A stretch of 60,637 nt of DNA from an uncultured Dehalococcoidales bacterium (GCA_964514415.1 CAZEQL010000002.1:1-60637), one strand, 5' to 3'; shown: positions 28,125 to 37,336, numbered from the stretch's first letter. Notes: generated by a model not told the origin, from the letters alone. Numbers and translations are program-made.

Positions 28125-28762
28125 TTATTCATAAAATTGGCTCCCTTCTTGGAAGATTCTCCATCCACGATGAGAGTCAGCCGATCTTCAGGCTCTATCT
28201 GAACATCCTCATATAAAACTTTCCCTCTCCTCTTCAACCAAATAAGTTTCACGCCTTTCGGGGTATCCATCTCAGAAATTTTCTTTCCTGCGCACTTCAT
28301 CCCCATCTCAGCTTCTACTTCAAAGAGCTCTGACCTGTCAATGGCTAGGAAATCCTTAATATAAGGTTGTAAAACCGTATGATAAATATGTTTTGCTACT
28401 ACGGCATCTGGTTTGACCTGGACATCAATCCCGGCTTCCTTAAAGGCTTCTGCATGCACAATATCATTCAATATAGAGATGACTTTCTTAGTGCCCATCT
28501 CTTTAGCTAGCATGCACGCCATTAAATTATCTGAATCATCATTTGTTGAAGCGACTAAAGCAGTTGCCTTCCTACCCCCCGCCTCTTCCAGAACCGCCCT
28601 TTTAGTAATATCCCCTATTATTACCATTACATCAGAAGATTCAGCCAGCTCATCACATCTCGTCTTATCCGAATCCACGGCCACCACCTCTTCCCCTTCC
28701 CTATGAAGAAGCTCAGCTAGATTTCTCCCGATGCTACTTAGGCCCGCTATTATGAAGTACAT
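28103..28762 (-). CDS. trkA: TrkA/KtrA potassium-uptake regulatory subunit (RCK N and C domains)
   Basis: IIAGLSSIGRNLA Rossmann motif and a TrkA-C tail. It overlaps trkH by 22 nt. Confidence 0.85.
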   Translation of the reverse strand: MYFIIAGLSSIGRNLAELLHREGEEVVAVDSDKTRCDELAESSDVMVIIGDITKRAVLEEAGGRKATALVASTNDDSDNLMACMLAKEMGTKKVISILNDIVHAEAFKEAGIDVQVKPDAVVAKHIYHTVLQPYIKDFLAIDRSELFEVEAEMGMKCAGKKISEMDTPKGVKLIWLKRRGKVLYEDVQIEPEDRLTLIVDGESSKKGANFMNKWFKGQG

Positions 28763-28831
28763 TCCTTACTTTCTCCTTAATAAAACTTTATTTTACCTGC
28801 GGTATCCATATTATCCCAACGGGTGATGATT

Positions 28832-29617
28832 TTAATTTGCCCCGCTGTTGTTGTCAACTAACGGCCTTTTCAACTCATCTAACCAAGCCATTGATTTAAC
28901 CTCTCTTTGTAAGAGATATACTATATACTCCTGTAACACCCGCTTCAATTCTGAAGATAATTCCGATTTTACCCTTACTCGCTTTGCGGTGGCATAATCA
29001 CTACTTTGCCACAAACGAAGTATTTTCAAGGCTTCAACCGATAGAGGATGAGGCATAAGTTCCCTTCGACTACAACGGGGGCACAGAATTCCCCCTTGGC
29101 TAGAGCTGAAAAAGTTGACTACTGGTTTTAAGGGCGAATTACAGCTAACACACTGGTGCAATTGGGGGCGATAGCCAAGAAGATGCAGGAGCTGAAGCTC
29201 AGAATAGCGCAACACGGATTCACTGTTATCAACCTGACATAGCCGATGTAAGGTATCAAGCAACAGGTCAAACAAAGGGCGGTTCTCATTATTTTCCACA
29301 GTAAAGGAATCGATAAGCTCCAAGATATAAATACCACAAGAGGCACGCCATAAATCATTTTTCAAAGCTATGAAACCATCAATAGTTTGACTTTGTGTAA
29401 CAATATCGAGGTTACGCCCCCTAGCTAACATCATCAAACTGTGAGTCAAAGGCGCTACGTTACCACCCAATTTACTTCCTGGACGACAGGCTCCCTTAGC
29501 TACCGCCTTCAACTTGCCAAGTCCAGGAGTGTACATAGTGACAATTCTATCAGCTTCGCCCAGCTTGGTTTGTTTAATGATAATGGCTTGAGTTTGATAA
29601 TTTCGGGGTGTTCCCAT
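28832..29617 (-). CDS. recO: DNA repair protein RecO
   Basis: N-terminal OB-fold pattern (AIIIKQTKLGEADRIVTMYT) and a zinc motif CVSC...CPRC. Confidence 0.85.
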   Translation of the reverse strand: MGTPRNYQTQAIIIKQTKLGEADRIVTMYTPGLGKLKAVAKGACRPGSKLGGNVAPLTHSLMMLARGRNLDIVTQSQTIDGFIALKNDLWRASCGIYILELIDSFTVENNENRPLFDLLLDTLHRLCQVDNSESVLRYSELQLLHLLGYRPQLHQCVSCNSPLKPVVNFFSSSQGGILCPRCSRRELMPHPLSVEALKILRLWQSSDYATAKRVRVKSELSSELKRVLQEYIVYLLQREVKSMAWLDELKRPLVDNNSGAN

Positions 29618-29626
29618 AGAAACTCT

Positions 29627-30226
29627 CTAGAATTCTTGTCTGCCTTCGAGTGCCTGACCCAGAGTCATATCATCAGCATATTCTAGATCAGCACCAAATG
29701 GCAAGCCGCGAGCCAAACGACTAATGTGAATGCCCAAAGGCACGATGTCACGTCGGAGGTACATAGCTGTAGCCTCACCTTCAAGATTAGGATTGGTCGC
29801 CACAATTACTTCGGTTACCGAACCATCTTGAAGACGGGATAAGAGATCTTTCACTTTTAACTCCGCAGGTCCTATTCCCTGCGCCGGGCTAATAGTTCCG
29901 TGAAGCACGTGATAAGTTCCGTTATACTTTCCAGTTCGCTCCAAAGGAGGAATGTCTGAAGGTCTCTCCACAACGCAAATTTTAGAATGGTCACGTCCTT
30001 CACCTCGGCAAAGAGGACAAGTGTCACAATCAGTGATATTAAAGCAAATCGAACAAAGTCTTATCTTCTCCTTCAAAGCCAAAATAGCCTCGGCTAAAGC
30101 AGCAGCTTCCTCATCTGAGCTACGCAATAAATGATAAGTCAACCGTTGAGCACTCTTTGGCCCAATTCCAGGCAACTTATTAAATTCCCCAATTAATTTA
30201 GCTACAGGCTCAGCAACAAAGGACAT
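29627..30226 (-). CDS. recR: Recombination protein RecR
   Basis: LPGIGPKSAQRL HhH, C4 zinc finger CSIC...CPLC and a Toprim domain. Confidence 0.95.
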   Translation of the reverse strand: MSFVAEPVAKLIGEFNKLPGIGPKSAQRLTYHLLRSSDEEAAALAEAILALKEKIRLCSICFNITDCDTCPLCRGEGRDHSKICVVERPSDIPPLERTGKYNGTYHVLHGTISPAQGIGPAELKVKDLLSRLQDGSVTEVIVATNPNLEGEATAMYLRRDIVPLGIHISRLARGLPFGADLEYADDMTLGQALEGRQEF

Positions 30227-30250
30227 TTTCCCCTAATTATTCACCTCGCT

Positions 30251-30332
30251 GTCATTTTGAGCATAGCGATGAATCTCCAAAGCTTCCTTAAACCCTTTGC
30301 TCTCTCAGGGTGACATAAAGTGGCTAAACGCT
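30251..30332. repeat. REP/MITE-like imperfect palindromic intergenic element, copy 2 (shorter core)
   Basis: GTCATTTTGAGCATAGCGATGAATCTC ... CTCAGGGTGACATAAAGTGGCTAAACGCT. It has the same orientation as copy 1 and likewise sits between tandem minus-strand genes. Confidence 0.7.
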
Positions 30333-30342
30333 GACATTGTTC

Positions 30343-30648
30343 CTAAAGAAACCCTGGTATATTAAACCCGCTAGTCAAACTGCCAAGATGATTGCTAACA
30401 AGCTCCTGCGACTTACTAATAGCTTCGTTAACCGCAGTCATGACTAAATCTTGCAGTAATTCAACATCTCCAGCATCGACCACCTCGGGTGATATCTCCA
30501 CTGAACGAATCTTCTGGTTACCATCAATCACTACTTTGACTGCACCTCCACCACTGGAAGCTTCCACAGTAATGTTACCTAACTCCTCCTGTGCTTTAGC
30601 CAACTTTGCCTGAAGTTGCTGTGCCTGACGTAATGCCGATTTATCCAT
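30343..30648 (-). CDS. ybaB: Nucleoid-associated protein YbaB/EbfC
   Basis: Its size and its dnaX-ybaB-recR synteny. Sequence GGGAVKVVIDGNQKIRSVEISPEV. Confidence 0.9.
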   Translation of the reverse strand: MDKSALRQAQQLQAKLAKAQEELGNITVEASSGGGAVKVVIDGNQKIRSVEISPEVVDAGDVELLQDLVMTAVNEAISKSQELVSNHLGSLTSGFNIPGFL

Positions 30649-30665
30649 CTCCCTCCTTCTAAGTA

Positions 30666-32231
30666 CTACTGGTCAACGATCTTTGCTCCCATTTTCAGAG
30701 CAGCTTGGATTAAAGGATTCTGCGCCTTCGCTTGAGATAGCTCTTCCCTTTTATGGTCAACTAAAACACATTGTATCTTATAGGGCCGACCAAAAACCTC
30801 TTCAATCTTTTTCTCCACTAAATGTCGGTATTTAGCATCTTCAATTTTCTCCTTGTGAAAGGAATATTTAAACCCCAACACTAGTGTATCATCCTCAAGA
30901 GCCACCGGCTCACAAGCATTGCGCAAAAAGGCGTCCAGGTTACCACTGGAACCTACCCCCCGCAAAGATTGAATGAACTCCTTCCACCGACTACACAAAT
31001 AGTCAAAATCCCGAGAAACCTTTGTGTCTGGAGTCCCAGCTTCATCTACTGCCCTAGGAACCTCAGCCTCTTGAAGAACCTGGGGTAGCTCCATTGTCTT
31101 AGTGGATTTTATTGCCTCCTGAGGTTTAATCGTAGTTGCTTCTTCTCTCTCTATCACTGAAGATAAAGCACACTCCACCAAAGCTAATTCTAAAGGCAGA
31201 GTAGAGTAATTATCACTACGAAAACCTATGCTGGAGAAAAGTTTAACTGCCTTGAGCAAGTAATCGGGTGTGGTATTTGCCATAAGAGTTCTCATTTCAG
31301 CTAAATCCTCAGCAGTAACATCCAGAGCCTCTTCGCATCCCGATTTAGCCAGTAACAAACCCCGAAGATAATCTACCAGCCCTAGATTAAACTGGCGAAG
31401 GTCAGTGCCATCACTATTAACGCTATTTATAACTTGCAAACCAGCAGAAATATCCTTATTGACAACACATTGTGCCAGTTGTCTAACTCGTGAATCACCG
31501 CTAACACCAAGCGCTGCCTGAACTTGGGCAAAAACAATTTGCTTGCCATGATAAGCGATTAACTGCTGCAATATGTTTTCCGCATCACGGAGGCTTCCCG
31601 TAGCTGCACGGGCAATGAGCTTTAGAGATTCAAGTTCAATATGAATATCCTCTTTTTGACATATTAGCTTCAGCTTATCACTTATCGCCGCTTGAGCCAG
31701 ACGACGAAAGCTAAACTGCTGACACCTGGATACTATTGTAGGTATTACTTTATGTGTCTCTGTGGTAGCTAAGACAAAAATTACATAAGGAGGAGGCTCC
31801 TCCAATGTTTTGAGTAAGGCATTAGAAGCTGCCTCAGTAAGCATATGAACCTCATCTATGATATACACCTTGTAGCGAGCAAGTCCAGGAGCATAATTTA
31901 CCTTTTCCCTGAGACTACGAATTTCATCAATACCACGGTTGCTAGCAGCATCTATCTCTATTACATCCAAAGCCCTGCCCTCAGTGATTGAGCGGCATAT
32001 ATCACAGGCATTGCAAGGCTCGCCACCTGTCTGATTAGGGCAGTTAACTGCTTTGGCTAAGATGCGCCCCGTGCTGGTCTTACCCGTACCACGAGGACCA
32101 CAGAAAAGATAAGCATGGGCTACCTTTCCACTCTCTATAGCATGACGCAAAGTTTGAGTTACTGGTTCTTGCCCTACTACTTCGGCTAAGGTCTGGGGAC
32201 GCCACTTACGATAAAAAACCTCGGAGTCCAT
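30666..32231 (-). CDS. dnaX: DNA polymerase III subunit gamma/tau
   Basis: HAYLFCGPRGTGKTS, a zinc module CNACDIC and SRCQ (sensor 1). Confidence 0.9.
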   Translation of the reverse strand: MDSEVFYRKWRPQTLAEVVGQEPVTQTLRHAIESGKVAHAYLFCGPRGTGKTSTGRILAKAVNCPNQTGGEPCNACDICRSITEGRALDVIEIDAASNRGIDEIRSLREKVNYAPGLARYKVYIIDEVHMLTEAASNALLKTLEEPPPYVIFVLATTETHKVIPTIVSRCQQFSFRRLAQAAISDKLKLICQKEDIHIELESLKLIARAATGSLRDAENILQQLIAYHGKQIVFAQVQAALGVSGDSRVRQLAQCVVNKDISAGLQVINSVNSDGTDLRQFNLGLVDYLRGLLLAKSGCEEALDVTAEDLAEMRTLMANTTPDYLLKAVKLFSSIGFRSDNYSTLPLELALVECALSSVIEREEATTIKPQEAIKSTKTMELPQVLQEAEVPRAVDEAGTPDTKVSRDFDYLCSRWKEFIQSLRGVGSSGNLDAFLRNACEPVALEDDTLVLGFKYSFHKEKIEDAKYRHLVEKKIEEVFGRPYKIQCVLVDHKREELSQAKAQNPLIQAALKMGAKIVDQ

Positions 32232-32285
32232 CTATTAAATATTATACTCCTCAACATCCAATCACTAAAGGAGATCTTGCCTAAT

Positions 32286-33125
32286 TTATGGACTCGCCTC
32301 ACTTTCTGCAACAAAAATTGTCTTATCGTAATACTCGGTTATGTCCTTGATAGCTTGCTCCAGAATAGGCTTGGTTTTTTCGGGAGTTTCTGCTAAGGCT
32401 GCTTGTAGCATATTTAAACTTCTGGCACGGCTGTCGACCAGCGTCACTTCCGTTTCTGTTACAGCTCTCCTTTCAGTCTTATTGTAATCCTTTGTTCTCT
32501 CGGACGAAGCTGGAGTCGGGGCTAATACCTTTGGCACACTCTCTTCAGCTTGCCCCGCCTTTCCAATTTCATAAACTTTATCTAACTGATTAGCAACTTG
32601 CTGAGTCAGCACAGGAATTTCATCACCCTTACCCTGACGAGCCATATAACTAATTTCCACTGCCCTGCGCTCAGCAAATTGAACATGAAGATTCGCCTTA
32701 TCCACATCCGAAAAAACTAATGCCACCCTCACATCTTCCGTAGCTAACTTTACAGGGTAAAGAGGATCACCAGGCAAAGCGTTCGCAGAGGCTCCAACCA
32801 CTCCCACTCCGATAAGCAAGATAGCCACAACAGTGGCCGTAGCCATGGCCCAACGCTTGTACCAGATAGGCACCCTTGTTCTCTTTTCCGCTAACTTTTG
32901 CTGCTTAGCATAAAGCATCCTTTGAAGCTGAGAATAAACTCTTGACTTAAACTCAGTAGCAGGTTGGATAGTGGAGGACTTCTGAATAAAGGCAGCGCTA
33001 GTTTTGAGCAAAGGCTCTAGTTCAGGTGCATGCTCGGGATAAGCTCTGAGGCAATCTTCAATGCTCTCGCCCTTAAACATGCGCTCTAGACAACTATCCA
33101 GAATATCTTCTATCTTCTGAGACAT
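32286..33125 (-). CDS. Putative anti-sigma factor / DUF5667-like single-pass membrane protein
   Basis: It lies immediately downstream of the ECF sigma gene, with an N-terminal cytoplasmic helical segment and one TM ([20 protein letters not shown]). Confidence 0.55.
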   Translation of the reverse strand: MSQKIEDILDSCLERMFKGESIEDCLRAYPEHAPELEPLLKTSAAFIQKSSTIQPATEFKSRVYSQLQRMLYAKQQKLAEKRTRVPIWYKRWAMATATVVAILLIGVGVVGASANALPGDPLYPVKLATEDVRVALVFSDVDKANLHVQFAERRAVEISYMARQGKGDEIPVLTQQVANQLDKVYEIGKAGQAEESVPKVLAPTPASSERTKDYNKTERRAVTETEVTLVDSRARSLNMLQAALAETPEKTKPILEQAIKDITEYYDKTIFVAESEASP

Positions 33126-33129
33126 CTTT

Positions 33130-33669
33130 CTATTCCTCGCGCAGCATCATCTTCCTTAAAGCCGCTGTGCCATTGTATTGCAAGGCTTTCACTGTTCCCG
33201 GGCTTTTCCCCAGAGCTTTTGCTACCTCAGCGATGGAAAGCTCGGCGCCAAATCGAAGGGAAATCACCTCGCGTTGGGCCGGGGATAATTTCTTTATATT
33301 GTCAGTTACTTCTCCAAGTTCAATCCTTTGCTCAGCAATAAGTGCTGGGTTGGGGCCGTCTACCCGAGCTATATTATCATCCCAAGCTACCTTTTCCACC
33401 TTGCCTTCTTTTCTAAAATAATCCACTATCTGGTTATGGGCGATGCGAAATAGCCAGGAAGCAAAGGGTAAGTCTCGCCACTTATAAGAGCCAATCGCCT
33501 CCAGTGCTTTAACAAACGCCTCCTGAGTTAAGTCCTCAGCTTCAGTTTGGTTTCCCATCCTGAAATAAACATAACGATAAACCTTATCAAAATGCTCCTC
33601 ATAAAGCTGGGCAAAGGCTTCCCCATCGCCTTTTACCGCCCGAGTAACCACATCTTTTTCAATAGACAT
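33130..33669 (-). CDS. ECF-type RNA polymerase sigma factor
   Basis: Region 2 ([12 protein letters not shown]...[15 protein letters not shown]) and region 4 HTH ([20 protein letters not shown]). The start is set at the internal MSIEKD because the longer N-terminal extension looks non-coding. Confidence 0.8.
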   Translation of the reverse strand: MSIEKDVVTRAVKGDGEAFAQLYEEHFDKVYRYVYFRMGNQTEAEDLTQEAFVKALEAIGSYKWRDLPFASWLFRIAHNQIVDYFRKEGKVEKVAWDDNIARVDGPNPALIAEQRIELGEVTDNIKKLSPAQREVISLRFGAELSIAEVAKALGKSPGTVKALQYNGTAALRKMMLREE

Positions 33670-34073
33670 CAACTTGATGTCTATTATACTGTAAAACGAG
33701 AAAAGAGAGGAAAGGTTTACAGCGGGCACAAAGGACAGCAAGGAATGGAATTCACAGCGGGACAACTTGGTATAATGCCCTAGACGTACTGACAAGGATG
33801 GAGAGAGTAAAAATATCACGCCCCACGCTATTCCGGTGTGGGCATAAGATTACGAAAGGCTCTTCTATATTACGAGGTAGCTCTCATAAGACCACTAGCA
33901 GTCTCACTTTCCCCAGCGAAACATCTCCACACACATCTCCACCATTTCCATTATTTTTGCACCAAGCACTATAACTCCACTCCCCCATCACCATCCACAT
34001 CACCTCCTGCCAGCCTTTTCCCGTCATCTGGGACTTATATCTTATAGCATGATGCTCTTGCGAATTATGCAAA

Positions 34074-34595
34074 CTATTTGCTCGCCCTCTTCTCGGCCCA
34101 CTTGCCGGCCCAGGGTACCTTCCACATCTTGCCGGTTCCCGCCAGAACCATAAGAGCAATCCAAAACCCAACAGTCACAACCCAAACAATTACGCTAAGG
34201 ACTCCTGAAGCAACAAGTAGCCCAGGTGAAAAGGTAGCAACCGCGATACCACTAAGAATTGGCGCTACAATAAGCTGAACCACACTCAATACACCAAAAG
34301 TCATAATGGACTGCCAGGCATGGAATTTAACAACTTTGCTCTTCTTCTCAAGTACCGCGAAGACTATCCCCGTTATCCAGCCAGCTACATAGCAAAGAAG
34401 CCCGGCAGTATTGGCTGACATCCCCGTGCTACTCTCCGCTTCCGGCTTGCTGGTTTCCACCTCGGTCTTGCTAGTTTCTGCTTTTGGCTTAGCTGCGCCT
34501 TTAGCTGGCTTTGCAGAAACGCCCATCTCAGCACCACATTTAGCACAAAACTTGGCATCATCAGAATTTTCCGCACCGCATTTAGGACAAAACAT
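34074..34595 (-). CDS. Zinc-ribbon plus DUF4870-like membrane protein
   Basis: MFCPKCGAEN...CAKCGAEM, a low-complexity linker, then 3-4 TM helices. Confidence 0.7.
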   Translation of the reverse strand: MFCPKCGAENSDDAKFCAKCGAEMGVSAKPAKGAAKPKAETSKTEVETSKPEAESSTGMSANTAGLLCYVAGWITGIVFAVLEKKSKVVKFHAWQSIMTFGVLSVVQLIVAPILSGIAVATFSPGLLVASGVLSVIVWVVTVGFWIALMVLAGTGKMWKVPWAGKWAEKRASK

Positions 34596-34728
34596 ATCCC
34601 ACCTCCTTATATTGAAGCTTTGATATTAACTTTACCATACATCATGGATATGTCAATAGTTTGAAGGTGGGGTAGCTACTTAAATGATTTGACATGGACG
34701 AAGTCTCTTCTATTAAGAAAATTCAAAA

Positions 34729-34818
34729 GTGAACCGTTCATGCCTGAAAAGTGGACTCCAATGGTACATCCCTCCGCGAAAAGGAGGGATGTATAGAACA
34801 GGTGCACAAACGGTTCAC
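34729..34818. other. Nested inverted-repeat element: outer 10-bp arms GTGAACCGTT/AACGGTTCAC enclose a perfect 11-bp hairpin TACATCCCTCC-GCGAAAA-GGAGGGATGTA (34765-34793)
   Basis: Read directly from the sequence. A further GGTTCACC copy lies at 34905-34912. Confidence 0.6.
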
Positions 34819-35184
34819 CTCTGAGCAAGTAAAAGCCCCGTTAAAAGGATACTGCCAGAGGCGGTCGCGAATTGAGCCTTTTTTGCTGCCGTGAGTTAGT
34901 TTCGGGTTCACCCTGGCGGAAACGGCAAAGGGGCATGAGCCGCTTGTCAGGGCTTTTCCGGATGGTTATACTGTGGTTGGTGAATGGGAATTGTTCTGAC
35001 AAGGGGGGAGTGGCATATGCCCTTGCAGCGGCTGAATTCGGACGTTAGCTGGCACAAACCACACACTTCGTTGGCGAGACATTCTTCTTGAAAACTGGTA
35101 TGATTCATAGTAGTGAATTGATGCCAACAAATCAGACCCATCCGGTCGGTCTCTCTAAACAGGGGTCGAAGGAGCGAGTGAAAC

Positions 35185-35955
35185 GTGGCTATAGATGAGG
35201 TATTCCCTAATTCAACGGTCAAGCAGGTGATTTTCCAAATCAGATTTCCTAATCTCTTCTATATTGAGAACAGGATTGGTGACTTTCAGACCCGCATAAT
35301 GACCGAATTTCCTCAATCCAGTCTGGTAATCCGGAAGCAGTTCCTATTGGTAGATCTAGGCCCTAAAGTAAAACTGTCTGACCTGCCCGATGATATTGAT
35401 TCCAGTACCGAGCAAGCAAACAAGATATGGCAGTTCCGATCACCAAAAGGCTTCGAGTTGAACGTATTTACGAACTCTCTAGATATAACGTCTTCTTACC
35501 ACAAAACTTATAACCTGCCAGGCGCCGACAGATTTCGCGATATCATCGAGTTTGTACTGACTAAATTCTTTGAAGTCATGGCACTGCCAATAGTAAATCG
35601 CATTGGCTTGCGCTACATCGATGAATGCCCAGTACCATCTAGAAAAGACTCGACCTTCAAGTCATACTACAATTCGGTATTTCCCCTCAAAAGGTTCCAT
35701 TTGGCTGATGCCCGTGAAATGCGTTTTCAAACATTGGTAAAAAGAGGGGATTACTTCGTGCGCTATGTGGAGAGTTTCCAGACAACTCCCGCCGGAGACA
35801 AGCTCATTCTTGACTTCGATGCATTCGCAGAAAATATCGATATGTCAGCTTGTTTGGCCATCACAGATGAACTCCACACACAAATATCGGACGAATACGA
35901 AAAGACGATCAAGGAACCAGTATACAAGTACATGCGGCAGGCCAAACGCACCTGA
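35185..35955 (+). CDS. TIGR04255-like uncharacterised protein (256 aa), first gene of a three-gene cassette
   Basis: The N-terminal FPNSTVKQVIFQIRF and central VNRIGLRYIDE match my memory of the TIGR04255 signature (NAPLxEVxFExRF ... RIGLRYIN). GTG start with AAGGAG 10 nt upstream. Confidence 0.6.
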   Translation: MAIDEVFPNSTVKQVIFQIRFPNLFYIENRIGDFQTRIMTEFPQSSLVIRKQFLLVDLGPKVKLSDLPDDIDSSTEQANKIWQFRSPKGFELNVFTNSLDITSSYHKTYNLPGADRFRDIIEFVLTKFFEVMALPIVNRIGLRYIDECPVPSRKDSTFKSYYNSVFPLKRFHLADAREMRFQTLVKRGDYFVRYVESFQTTPAGDKLILDFDAFAENIDMSACLAITDELHTQISDEYEKTIKEPVYKYMRQAKRT

Positions 35956-35976
35956 ACAATCACGGAGGTATGAACA

Positions 35977-36231
35977 ATGCATCCACGCCAAGATGATTAT
36001 TCTTTTACAGTCCATCCGTATTCTGTGCCATCCTCCACTGGTCAGCATGTGGAGAGCTGCAAGACTATCGTGTACCCTTTTGACAAGTATGATATCGTCA
36101 TGAAGTTAACCCAAAACAACGAGTTCGTGGACGTGATTGAAGTCAGAATCAGAAAGGATTTTCTCTCATATAAACAGAAGATAGCCCGCAAAGGATTCCA
36201 TGACGTCGAAGAGTTTTATCGTGATGAGTAG
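35977..36231 (+). CDS. Hypothetical 84-aa protein, second gene of the cassette
   Basis: GGAGG at 35964-35968, 8 nt before the ATG. There is a 21-nt gap from the upstream stop. I recognise no motif. Confidence 0.55.
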   Translation: MHPRQDDYSFTVHPYSVPSSTGQHVESCKTIVYPFDKYDIVMKLTQNNEFVDVIEVRIRKDFLSYKQKIARKGFHDVEEFYRDE

Positions 36232-36239
36232 GTAGTTGC

Positions 36240-36866
36240 ATGTTCTATGCACTAACTGTGGACGATGCTTTGCGATTCGGAGATGTTGTTGAGGGTTACA
36301 TATCAACTGTTCCCACTATAGTTAAACCGACTCTCACCATAATAGATGCACAAGGCTACAAGATTGATGTACGCATGCCTCGCTATTCAGTCATTCTGTC
36401 GCCATGTTGTTCTATACGTGAAGAAACCATTTCCCTTACCCCCCTAATTCCTGCTGCCCCAAACTTTTTCAAGAACCCCTATTTCGCTGAAGACCTCACC
36501 ATAATCAACCGGCCAATGGAGCCACAGCAAACTCTATCTCCCGACGGGTGGGAGAAACTTCCTCCCGAAGAAAAACAAACCCGCCTTGCTGAAGGCTTCA
36601 ACTATGCCCTCTTGCACTTCTTTGTGTATGAGCAACATGATTTGTTTCCATACTACGAACTTCGGGATGGGACCAAAAACAACTACTACATGATCGATTT
36701 CAGGAGCACCTACAGGCTGAACTGCGGGCTGATACTCTCACCCACCAATGCGCCATTACAATCAAAATGCTTGCAACTTTCCATTGAAACTCGCTCCGAG
36801 CTGCGCGACAAGTTGGCTTACTACTACTCAAGGGTGCCCGAAGAGGATCAATTACTTCAAGACTAG
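36240..36866 (+). CDS. Hypothetical 208-aa protein, third gene of the cassette
   Basis: It starts 8 nt after the previous stop. Notable segments are FGDVVEGY...RYSVILSPCCSI, YYMIDFRSTY and a C-terminal LRDKLAYYYSRVPEED. I cannot name a family. Confidence 0.6.
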   Translation: MFYALTVDDALRFGDVVEGYISTVPTIVKPTLTIIDAQGYKIDVRMPRYSVILSPCCSIREETISLTPLIPAAPNFFKNPYFAEDLTIINRPMEPQQTLSPDGWEKLPPEEKQTRLAEGFNYALLHFFVYEQHDLFPYYELRDGTKNNYYMIDFRSTYRLNCGLILSPTNAPLQSKCLQLSIETRSELRDKLAYYYSRVPEEDQLLQD

Positions 36867-36963
36867 CCAGTCTGCCTGATACCTTGCAGCACCAGCCATC
36901 ATAGCGACCTGTTCCCCCAAAACCAGGCAGCCAGGTGATATAATACATAATACAGGGGAGCGT

Positions 36964-37232
36964 ATGAAACTCACCGACAATGAAATCCGTGACATCACCC
37001 AATACCTTGAAGCGGGGAAGCCGTTGCCGGACAAGTACCGTTTTCTCCTGTTTGAAGAGAAACGGGAGGTTGAACTGGTATGGAACGGCTCAAAGAATGG
37101 TGCAAGGACATCAACAAAGCACAATCTGAAATCAAGTACGACTTCGTTTTCGTGGACGAGGAAAGCTTCAACCAATATCAACCCAAGAGTTTCAGGTCGC
37201 TGGTAAATTCGTTCCGTCAATACAGAGATTGA
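36964..37232 (+). pseudogene. Deletion scar of a type III-like R-M system: mod 5' end (about 42 codons) joined out of frame to a res/helicase 3' end (about 48 codons)
   Basis: In frame 1, LTDNEIRDITQYLEAGKPLPDKYRFLLFEEKREVELVWNG is the classic N-terminus of adenine methylases (..ELxWxGK). From 37086 the other frame reads RLKEWCKDINKAQSEIKYDFVFVDEESFNQYQPKSFRSLVNSFRQYRD*, which resembles restriction-helicase C-termini. TATAAT at 36939-36944 and the SD are retained. Confidence 0.6.
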
Positions 37233-37336
37233 AGCTATTGGCGAGGATGAAATATAGCAAGTCACTGCAGTCCAACCACCGGACTTAGTTTGAAGGTTAG
37301 AGCGAGCGCGGGCTATAATGTTTGAACTCGCAAAAT

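Noticed and set aside
33884-34024. A Trp/Met/Gly-rich small minus-strand ORF (MTGKGWQEVMWMVMGEWSYSAWCKNNGNGG...) between the zinc-ribbon gene and the ECF sigma gene, considered as a possible peptide precursor.
   Set aside because: It has no SD, and its larger version overlaps the 3' end of the upstream gene. The composition is explained by a C-rich plus strand. No maturase context adjoins it.
34947-35222. A 91-aa minus-strand ORF overlapping the start of the TIGR04255-like gene.
   Set aside because: Its composition is Cys/His/Thr-rich and odd, it has no SD, and it overlaps the SD and start of a better-supported gene.
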